Shown piece by piece: positions 9,661 through 16,697 of a stretch of 60,574 bases of DNA. How positions within the stretch are numbered: the first letter of the stretch is position 1; the number at the start of each line of letters is the position of its first letter. The notes beneath the pieces were generated by a model that saw nothing but the letters and a program-made list of their open reading frames with translations, was not told where the DNA came from and searched no databases. A program made the translations under genes and the position numbers. Source of the stretch: Lachnospiraceae bacterium (lineage in GTDB: Bacteria > Bacillota > Clostridia > Lachnospirales > Lachnospiraceae); contig JAEEUR010000001.1 of the NCBI GenBank assembly GCA_016290595.1, forward strand, positions 1-60,574. The letters are read 5' to 3'.

Positions 9661-10191
9661 TCAGTTTTTTCCCGCCCGGTTTTTCAGCCGGTCCGCCAGC
9701 ACGGTCAGCATAAAGCCGCTCATGGCCAGCAGGAAAATATAGATTTTCCCTGCCAGACTGGAATAGACGGAAAGCAGACGGCCGAGCAGCGGGATCCGGA
9801 AGCTGAGCTTCCCGATCAGCGCCCCGTAGGAGACCGGATCGGGATCGTTCTCCGCATTCGCGTCGCCCTTCGTGATAAAATCCCCCTCCACGCTGCGGTT
9901 GCGGACGACGCGGTGCGTGACGACCGAACCGTTGGACAGGAAAGCGATGATATCTCCCGCCTCCACTTCCTCCGGCGGGACCTGCCGGGTATAGATCAGT
10001 GTCCCCTCCTTAAGCGCCGGCTCCATGCTGGGACTGACGACGGTATAGATCTCATAGCCGAACAGGCGGGGAAGGGAAAGCGGCAGGGCCGTCAGGATCA
10101 CGGCCAGAAGGATCAGGATCCCGAGCGTCCTGCAAAGAGCGGGAAGCCATTTCCCGCTCTTTTTTCGATTGCTTTTCGTATCAGGCTTCAT
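9661..10191 (-). CDS. ER/archaeal-type signal peptidase I (SipW-like, S26B)
   Basis: 176 aa. It has an N-terminal TM, a catalytic Ser in VVSPSMEPAL, a His in VVTHRVV and GDANxxxD. A second C-terminal TM is typical of SipW. The start overlaps the stop of the upstream gene by 11 nt. Confidence 0.8.
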   Translation of the reverse strand: MKPDTKSNRKKSGKWLPALCRTLGILILLAVILTALPLSLPRLFGYEIYTVVSPSMEPALKEGTLIYTRQVPPEEVEAGDIIAFLSNGSVVTHRVVRNRSVEGDFITKGDANAENDPDPVSYGALIGKLSFRIPLLGRLLSVYSSLAGKIYIFLLAMSGFMLTVLADRLKNRAGKN

Positions 10192-11122
10192 GGCTCTTCC
10201 GTTTCTTCCGTACGGCCAGCACCGCCGTTCCCGCCGCCAGAGCGGCTGCGGAAAGGCCGACGATCAGCCAGGGGCCGGGACTGCTTTTCTCCGGAACGGA
10301 AGCGGCGGGGGGAACGCTCACGGCATCCAGGTCGAGGAGCTCCGCCGGAGGGGCAAGCGCCGTAACCGCTTCGACCGATTCGTACTGCACGGCCGTTTCG
10401 GCGGCCTGCGCCATCTGTGCCGTGGGCTCAGCCGGCTCGTTCTTTGCGCCGGCGGCCGCCGTCGTTTCTTCCGTTTCCGCCGCCGAAGTGTCTGCCGGCG
10501 TTTCTTCCGGAGCGGTCTCCGCCGGCGGCGCCGCCGTGCTTTCCGCCGCTGTGGAAGCCGCCGCCTGGCTCTGCGGCGCGGGGATCTTCGTATAGACGAA
10601 GTCAAACACGTTGTCTTCCGCCTTATCCGTCAGGGTCTTGGTCAGGTTGTAGGCCTGCGGCTGCCAACCCTCGATATAGATATACGCGACAACGGGCTTA
10701 TCGCCCTCGTTGCCGTAATAGGTCTCGCTTTCGGCCAGACGGTTTCCGGCGCCGTCCACGTAATTGGCGGTATAGGCGACCGCGCTGCCGAGCACGCCGT
10801 AAGCCACCACGTAGTCGATGTCCCGCGTTACAAGGAAGGACGTGGGCCCTACCTCGCTATTGTCATGACCCGCCTCGCGGATGCCTTTTACGTAATACTT
10901 GCTGCCTTCCTTCAGGCTGACCTGGTTCAGGCTGAAATTGATGCGGTCTCCGTAGCTCAGGCTGTCGTAGACGAGCACGTCGGAGCCGTCCGCAAACGTT
11001 CCCTGCGCGCCGGCATAGATCCGGACGGTGTAGGTGTAGCTGTTTTTCGCAGCCGCAGGGACAAGGAGGCCGCCCGTCAGGATCAGGCAGAGGACGAGGC
11101 AGAAAATCCTGATCTTCTTCAT
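10181..11122 (-). CDS. secreted MucBP-like domain protein with low-complexity stalk and C-terminal membrane anchor
   Basis: I prefer the start MKKIRIFCLVLCLILTGG (ATGA overlap with the upstream stop at 11119-11122). A MucBP-like block reads YTANYVDGAGNRLAESETYYGNEGDKPVVAYIYIEGWQPQAYN. An Ala/Thr/Glu/Pro-rich stalk follows, and the end is PGPWLIVGLSAAALAAGTAVLAVRKKRKSHEA. Confidence 0.6.
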   Translation of the reverse strand: MKKIRIFCLVLCLILTGGLLVPAAAKNSYTYTVRIYAGAQGTFADGSDVLVYDSLSYGDRINFSLNQVSLKEGSKYYVKGIREAGHDNSEVGPTSFLVTRDIDYVVAYGVLGSAVAYTANYVDGAGNRLAESETYYGNEGDKPVVAYIYIEGWQPQAYNLTKTLTDKAEDNVFDFVYTKIPAPQSQAAASTAAESTAAPPAETAPEETPADTSAAETEETTAAAGAKNEPAEPTAQMAQAAETAVQYESVEAVTALAPPAELLDLDAVSVPPAASVPEKSSPGPWLIVGLSAAALAAGTAVLAVRKKRKSHEA

Positions 11123-11847
11123 TTCTCTTCCTCCTCCCGGCGTTTCTTTCTCCCGCGGAGCAGCAGGAACAGCAGAAGTCCCCCGCTTACGAGCATCACG
11201 CCGGACCAGATCCACAGATCCGGCTTTTCACCCGTATCCACGATGACCGTGGAGCCGTCCGCTTTCCTGATCTCCGCCGCAAAGCGGAGCTGTACGTCCG
11301 CCTTCGTGTTCTGATAGCTGTTGCCCTGGGATTCGCCGTCCAGGGTCAGCCGCACCGTGACTTTTCCGCTCTTCCCGGAGGAGAGCTCGTCCAGATAAAA
11401 GAAGTTCTTCAGGGCGGTATCCGCGCCGTGAAGGCCCTCGCCGTCCGGGACCTTCTCGCTGCCCTCCCCGCCTATGGTCTCGGAGCTGTACAGGATCTTT
11501 TCCGTCCCGCCGGTGGGGGTATAGGTCAGCAGATATTCATAGGCGCCGCCGGAAGCCGCATCGCTTCGGTCTTCGAGCGAATAGAGGATCTCGTTGGAGA
11601 GATACCATGCGGCGGACTGCGCGTATTCCTGGATGATCGTCACGGTAAAGACGGCCGTATCGCCGGGTTCCATGGCGTCCACGATCTTATCGATATCCGA
11701 GGAGGTAAAGTTGCTGCGCATCTTCCCGTTCGCATCCAGCACGACCTGCCAGCCTTCGCCGCCGGAATACTCTTCCGCAAACGCCGTCAGGCCAAATAAA
11801 AGCAGGACAGTAAGGATCAGAGGCAGAACAGATCTAAGCTTTTTCAT
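11119..11847 (-). CDS. TasA/camelysin-like secreted protein with C-terminal TM anchor and basic tail
   Basis: 242 aa. The signal peptide is MKKLRSVLPLILTVLLLFGLTAFA. A late beta-strand block GNSYQNTKADVQLRFAAE resembles the TasA/CalY C-terminal motif. The end is IVDTGEKPDLWIWSGVMLVSGGLLLFLLLRGRKKRREEEEK. Confidence 0.5.
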   Translation of the reverse strand: MKKLRSVLPLILTVLLLFGLTAFAEEYSGGEGWQVVLDANGKMRSNFTSSDIDKIVDAMEPGDTAVFTVTIIQEYAQSAAWYLSNEILYSLEDRSDAASGGAYEYLLTYTPTGGTEKILYSSETIGGEGSEKVPDGEGLHGADTALKNFFYLDELSSGKSGKVTVRLTLDGESQGNSYQNTKADVQLRFAAEIRKADGSTVIVDTGEKPDLWIWSGVMLVSGGLLLFLLLRGRKKRREEEEK

Positions 11848-12578
11848 CAGTCAGCCTCCTTTAAGGACAGTACGCCGTCCTTCGCGCTCACCCGCTGTCC
11901 CCAGGCAGAAAGGATGGCCGCCTCTGCGCTGTGCGTCTGCACGCCGTCCGCGCGGGCCTCCACCATGAACTGACAGCCGTCGTAGTCGTACGTCCGGCGG
12001 ATCACGGTGAAGCCGTCCTTTTCCGTCCGGGTCTCCGTCACGGCGTCCGCCAGCGACGGATCCAGCTTCAGAAAATCGCTGAAGGGATCGGTCTTTTCTC
12101 CGCTCTTTAAGCTCAGCCGGTAGTAAAGGACCGTCCGCTCCGGCGTGGAGGACGCTTCGTCGATCAGCCAGTTTTCGCCCGGCGTTAAGTGAAGGCCGAT
12201 CAGGGCCGGAGAAAGTTCCGTATTTTTGTTTCCCTCCGCATCCAGCCAGTACAGGTACAGGCTGACGCGGACGTACATATCCGAACCGCCGAGGTTGACG
12301 AGCGCGAGGGCTTCCGGATACTCCTGTCCGGGCCGGATCTGCTCTCCTTCCGCCGTCAGCTTTTTTAAGAGGATGTGGTCCTCATCCACCCGCTCGCCGT
12401 TTTCCAGCAGGCCGATGTCGATGTGCTTCATCTCCACCTGATAGACGCGCCGTTCGGAGAAAGCCGTGAGCGCGGCCCGGGCCGTGCCGATGCCGCCTGC
12501 GATCAGAAGGCCGGCCGCCAGGATAAACAAAAGAACCGTCGCCTTGGGAGACTTCAGAAACTGCTTCAGCTTCTTCAT
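11847..12578 (-). CDS. TasA/camelysin family-like protein with SipW-class signal peptide
   Basis: 243 aa. The N-terminus ...LLIAGGIGTARAALTAFSE matches the SipW-dependent signal pattern (GG.GT.A.F.D/E) of TasA/CalY. The C-terminal block is CQFMVEARADGVQTHSAEAA. Confidence 0.6.
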   Translation of the reverse strand: MKKLKQFLKSPKATVLLFILAAGLLIAGGIGTARAALTAFSERRVYQVEMKHIDIGLLENGERVDEDHILLKKLTAEGEQIRPGQEYPEALALVNLGGSDMYVRVSLYLYWLDAEGNKNTELSPALIGLHLTPGENWLIDEASSTPERTVLYYRLSLKSGEKTDPFSDFLKLDPSLADAVTETRTEKDGFTVIRRTYDYDGCQFMVEARADGVQTHSAEAAILSAWGQRVSAKDGVLSLKEAD

Positions 12579-13078
12579 TGGGTGCCTCCCTTCTCCGGCT
12601 GCGCCGTCCAGTCCGCGTACGGCGTGCCGTCCGCCTTAAAGAGCGCCCGGCTGCACTCGTACACCACGATCACGTTGAAATCCGTGCCGGCGACGGCGCC
12701 CACCGGCAGCTTCACGACCTTGACGAGCAGCTCGGCCGTGCTTTCTCCCGCGGAAAGGACCGTCCCGCAGTACCACCAGCCGTCCCCGCCGTCGGTCCAG
12801 CTGCCGTCCTCGCTGAGGATCAGCAGTTCCACGCTTTCATCGGCAAAGACGCGCGCACGGACGAAGACGGGTTCGGAATCGTCTTCCGCTTTCACCGTCA
12901 CGTGCTTGGTCCAGGCGGAGAACTCCTCCAGGATCTCGTTTACCGAGCCCATTATCAGGGTCCGGCCGCCTTTCGCCCAGGCGTTGCTGGTAAAGTAGGC
13001 CGAAGCGCCTCCCAGCCGGGTCATCAGGACCAGCAGCAGCGCCAGGCCGCAAAGAATCAAAGATGCTTTTTTCTTCAT
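12575..13078 (-). CDS. small TasA/camelysin family-like protein with SipW-class signal peptide
   Basis: 167 aa. MKKKASLILCGLALLLVLMTRLGGASAYFTSN compares with CalY ...GGGTFAYFSD. The start overlaps the upstream stop. Confidence 0.6.
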   Translation of the reverse strand: MKKKASLILCGLALLLVLMTRLGGASAYFTSNAWAKGGRTLIMGSVNEILEEFSAWTKHVTVKAEDDSEPVFVRARVFADESVELLILSEDGSWTDGGDGWWYCGTVLSAGESTAELLVKVVKLPVGAVAGTDFNVIVVYECSRALFKADGTPYADWTAQPEKGGTQ

Positions 13079-14145
13079 GGCGCCTCCTGCTTTCCGCTGC
13101 TGTCAGCCCGCTTTTCCCAGATCCAGCCGTCTTCGCCGAGCGTGAAATGATTCTCCACGCCGTGGCCGCTGCGGCCGGTATCCGAATATTCATTGGCAAA
13201 TCCGGCGGATACCAGCGCATCCGCCTCGATGATCACCGTCTTTGAAGTATCGCCGACGGCTGTATAGACGGCGCCGCCGTAGATCTCCCGGATCTCGACC
13301 GAAGCGCCGGCAGGGATCCCCCGGATGACCAGGCTCTTTATCCCGGCGTCCGTGAAATTCAGGGAATACACCCTGGCAGGGCTCTTTACGCCGTCCAGCG
13401 TGACCGTCACGGAGAAGATAAACAGCGCGTTCTCCGGCGCCAGATAGCTTTTCAGCGTCTTCACGATCTTAAGATCGCCCAGCCGTCTTTCGCGGGAAGC
13501 CTTTAAGACGCATTCGGTCCCATACAGCCATTCTCCGCTGCCGGCGGTGTTGATGTTGCCGTTCTCGTCCGGTTCCTTCGTGGGCAGCGCGATCAGCTCC
13601 GGCTCAAACTGATATTCATACAGGGCGGAACGTGCCGTGGAGACCAGCACCGTCTTTCCGTCCTCATCTTTGATCTCTTTGAAGTAATCCGTCAGCGCCG
13701 CGCCGTGGGCTATCGCCACGTAAACGCCGGCGGGAAGGTCCGTCATTTCGCTGCCGGCCGCCGCGCTGGCTGCCGGCGTGAGGGAAGAAAGCTTCTCCCG
13801 CACGATCTGTCCGGCCTCGGCCGCCAGGCGTTCCCAGCTTTCGGTATCGGACTGATCGGAAATCCGCATGCCTGCGAAAGCACCGGCGCTTTCATAGCGG
13901 AGCGTATCGTGGCCGGGCACGGCCTTTGCTTCCGCGACCTTGTACAGATCTACCTGTACGCCGGCGGAAGCGGCGTCTTCCCCGAATTCGCCGCCCGGGA
14001 GAGATACCGTAAGAGAACAGCTGCGGCTTAGGTCCACCGGAGCAAAGGAGGCCAGCGCAGTCGCGGAAACAAGAGCCAGCAGCAGGACGCAGCAAAGGAG
14101 CGCAGACCGTCTGCGTACTGTCAGGCGTGCTTGCTTTTTCTTCAT
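13075..14145 (-). CDS. pilin-fold secreted protein (pilin-motif-like lysine, CnaB-like C-domain) lacking a cell-wall sorting signal
   Basis: 356 aa with a signal peptide. The N-domain parallels the backbone pilin (VQVDLYKV, DLPAGVYVAIA, LIALPTKEPDE). The C-domain runs DLKIVKTL...AGFANEYSD. The C-terminus is hydrophilic. The ATG overlaps the sortase stop. Confidence 0.55.
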   Translation of the reverse strand: MKKKQARLTVRRRSALLCCVLLLALVSATALASFAPVDLSRSCSLTVSLPGGEFGEDAASAGVQVDLYKVAEAKAVPGHDTLRYESAGAFAGMRISDQSDTESWERLAAEAGQIVREKLSSLTPAASAAAGSEMTDLPAGVYVAIAHGAALTDYFKEIKDEDGKTVLVSTARSALYEYQFEPELIALPTKEPDENGNINTAGSGEWLYGTECVLKASRERRLGDLKIVKTLKSYLAPENALFIFSVTVTLDGVKSPARVYSLNFTDAGIKSLVIRGIPAGASVEIREIYGGAVYTAVGDTSKTVIIEADALVSAGFANEYSDTGRSGHGVENHFTLGEDGWIWEKRADSSGKQEAP

Positions 14146-15137
14146 GTCCGGCCTCCTTTCTTTCGGCTTCGGGGAACGGATCCCGCAGCTTCCGGCTGCG
14201 GCGGATCGTCCCGGTTCGCTTCTATAGTTTCTTCCGTTCCGGCCCTGTATTTTGCGTACAGGCGGTCCGGATCCGTCTCCTCGTCTCTGCCGTAGGTCAG
14301 CCGGTCGTAGATCAGCAGGCCGGTCAGAAAAACGAAGAGCAGCGGAATCCCCACGGCGGGGATGGTGATATACGTCGGGATCTTGGTGGCGCCGGGATCG
14401 ACCGTGATGCGCTTTTCTTCTTCGGCATTAGCGATCCGCCGGCCCCGCACCAGCATGCGGTGCGTGTTGATCCCGTACGGGGTGCAGGTCAGGAGCGTCA
14501 TATAGTCCTGTCCTTCAACGATGGCAAGGTCCTGGATCTCGTCCGGCTTCACGATCCGGATCTGATCCACCTGGTAGGTCAGGGTCTGGTTCAGCACCGT
14601 GACCAGGAAGACGTCGCCGACCGTCATCTTATCCAGATCCGTGAACAGTCTGGCGGAGGGAAGTCCCCGGTGGCCCGAGACCACCGCATGGGTGCTTTCG
14701 CCGCCGACGGGGAGCGAGGTCCATTCCAGATGTCCGACGGCCACCTGCAGCGCCGCCTCTTCCGTTCCGTGATAGATCGGCAGATTGACGCCGATAACGG
14801 GGATCTGCAGATAACCGAGGATCCCGGTTCCCGAAACGTCCAGCAGGCTGCGGTACAGCGCCTTCTCCTCTTCCGTCATCAGAAGGCGGTTCTCTTTTTT
14901 AGCGAGCGCCTCGTTATAGGCGGCGGCCCGGGCGAGCATCTCGCGGGTCTTCTCATCGTCCGCGCTTTCCACCTGCTCCACGTAGGAAGCGATGGCACGG
15001 GACTGATGCAGGGAGTTCCACCAGTCGCTGACGGTCGGGTAGGCCATAATGCCGATCCCCAGAAACAGCGCCAGCACCAGCAGAACGGTCGGCAGGGCAG
15101 ACTTCTTTTTCTTTTTTGTCTGTTTCCCTTCCGCCAT
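14142..15137 (-). CDS. srtC: class C (pilus-polymerising) sortase
   Basis: 331 aa. It has an N-terminal signal-anchor, the motifs LPIYHGTEE, VSGHRGLPSARLF and TLLTCTPYGINTHRMLVRGRR, and a C-terminal TM typical of class C. Confidence 0.9.
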   Translation of the reverse strand: MAEGKQTKKKKKSALPTVLLVLALFLGIGIMAYPTVSDWWNSLHQSRAIASYVEQVESADDEKTREMLARAAAYNEALAKKENRLLMTEEEKALYRSLLDVSGTGILGYLQIPVIGVNLPIYHGTEEAALQVAVGHLEWTSLPVGGESTHAVVSGHRGLPSARLFTDLDKMTVGDVFLVTVLNQTLTYQVDQIRIVKPDEIQDLAIVEGQDYMTLLTCTPYGINTHRMLVRGRRIANAEEEKRITVDPGATKIPTYITIPAVGIPLLFVFLTGLLIYDRLTYGRDEETDPDRLYAKYRAGTEETIEANRDDPPQPEAAGSVPRSRKKGGRT

Positions 15138-15186
15138 GGCCCGCGTTCCGACTCCTTCTTCCTGAAATAGACCGCTTTGCGGCTGC

Positions 15187-16620
15187 TTAACCGCGGTTCA
15201 TCCGGCGGCGGACCACCAGCGCCAGGCCGGCGCCGACGATCAGGATGCCGCCGACGATCGTAAAGATCTTCGTACCGATACCGCCGGTGGACGGCAGCTC
15301 GGTGCCGGAATTATTTTCAATAGGGATGCGAGTCCCGTTCCCATCGTCTACCGTTACATCCACTTCTTCCGTCAGCTTGTTATAGCCGCTGGGCGGAGTG
15401 ATCTCAGCCAGCGTATAGTCATCATCCGTATCCACGCCCCAGATCACGATATCGCCCGAGGCTACGGTGGTAAAGGTATCCACGCCGGTCTCATTAGGCA
15501 TCGCCACACGGTAGTTGTTGTCGTCGATTTTGATCAGCGGTACCACCGTGCCGGCCTTCTTCAGGGAGAAGACCGCGCCGGCCAGGTTGTCCGTGGAATT
15601 TTTCGCATGCTTGAACACGGAGAATTTATGCGTCGTGGTCGAGGTTGAATCCTCTGTACTTTCAGTTGCATCACCGAAAGAGATGTGCGTTTTATTGTAC
15701 TGCGTCTCGATTGCGATTCCATCAGAGCCAGAAACTACAGCCGTCTCATTCAGGGTGGCGGTATAAGTAATTTCATATTTTATGAACCCATCCGTTCCGA
15801 AATCAAGGCTGTCGATCCAGGACTGGGTAAAGGTGATATCAAAGGTATCGCCGTCAGTCGTTTCTTCATTGACTGTATATTCCGTGCCTTTGGTAAGGCC
15901 CTCGATGGCGACGCTCCCGGCCGTGTAAGTCAGGCCGGCATCCATTTTATCGTGCACCACAACGTTGCGGGTGCCTTTCACGATATTGACCGTAGATTTA
16001 AACTCTACAACATCGCCGATTTGGGCATCATTGTCAGTAGCGTAGTCATCGGCGCTATCTTCTTTCACCTCTTTTTCAATGGTGTTTTCCGGGTTCTTTT
16101 CATTGATCGTGACCGCAGCACTGTCCGGCGTAGTCTCCGTCATGGCGATAGTACCCAAGGTGGAGGTGATCAGCCAATAGCCATCTGCCAGACCGGAAAA
16201 GACTGCCGTTGTTTCACCATCTCCCACAATCACAGTCTGTGTAGGTGCCGGCTTGCCGCTCCATGCTGCCGCCGCTTTGGCAAGAGCCTCCGCATCGGAA
16301 TCGATGATGGCCGTTACGTAGCCGGCTTCATTAACCGTAATGTACGAATGGCCGTCGCCGCCCTCGGCAAAGAAGGCGGCCCAGTCTGCGTTGACCGTGT
16401 AAGAATACGCGGTCGGGGCCGACTCGTCGTTCACCGTCAGGTCGAACAACTTGTAAAGTTCGTAGGTCTCACCGGGCTTCGCATTATTGACGGTAATGCT
16501 GTCGTTCTTACTTGATGCCTGGGGATCCTGTCCGGTTCCCGAAGCAAAGGCTGTCAGGCCCACGGTCAGGATCATGACCAGGGTCATCAGCAGGGCTGAA
16601 ACTGTACCAAATTTCTTCAT
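15187..16620 (-). CDS. LPXTG-anchored backbone (major) pilin, isopeptide-domain family
   Basis: 477 aa with a signal peptide. VTINEKNPEN is pilin-motif-like. CnaB-like modules are present (AGAVFSLKK..., YTLAEITPPSGYN). The C-terminus is ELPSTGGIGTKIFTIVGGILIVGAGLALVVRRRMNRG. Confidence 0.85.
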   Translation of the reverse strand: MKKFGTVSALLMTLVMILTVGLTAFASGTGQDPQASSKNDSITVNNAKPGETYELYKLFDLTVNDESAPTAYSYTVNADWAAFFAEGGDGHSYITVNEAGYVTAIIDSDAEALAKAAAAWSGKPAPTQTVIVGDGETTAVFSGLADGYWLITSTLGTIAMTETTPDSAAVTINEKNPENTIEKEVKEDSADDYATDNDAQIGDVVEFKSTVNIVKGTRNVVVHDKMDAGLTYTAGSVAIEGLTKGTEYTVNEETTDGDTFDITFTQSWIDSLDFGTDGFIKYEITYTATLNETAVVSGSDGIAIETQYNKTHISFGDATESTEDSTSTTTHKFSVFKHAKNSTDNLAGAVFSLKKAGTVVPLIKIDDNNYRVAMPNETGVDTFTTVASGDIVIWGVDTDDDYTLAEITPPSGYNKLTEEVDVTVDDGNGTRIPIENNSGTELPSTGGIGTKIFTIVGGILIVGAGLALVVRRRMNRG

Positions 16621-16697
16621 TGTTCTGCGCTCCTTTTCTGATTTGGTATCTTATTTGCTGTATGTCGTCGCCCGTACCGGGCTGTTTCTTCTGTTAT

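Noticed and set aside
10318-10605. A 95-aa Arg/Lys-rich ORF (MTSSIRRSPRRRARRRL...) and similar small basic ORFs such as 27129-27491 and 31123-31326.
   Set aside because: These are alternative-frame read-throughs of Ala/Glu/Pro-rich or GC-rich coding regions. They have no start context and lie entirely inside better-supported genes.
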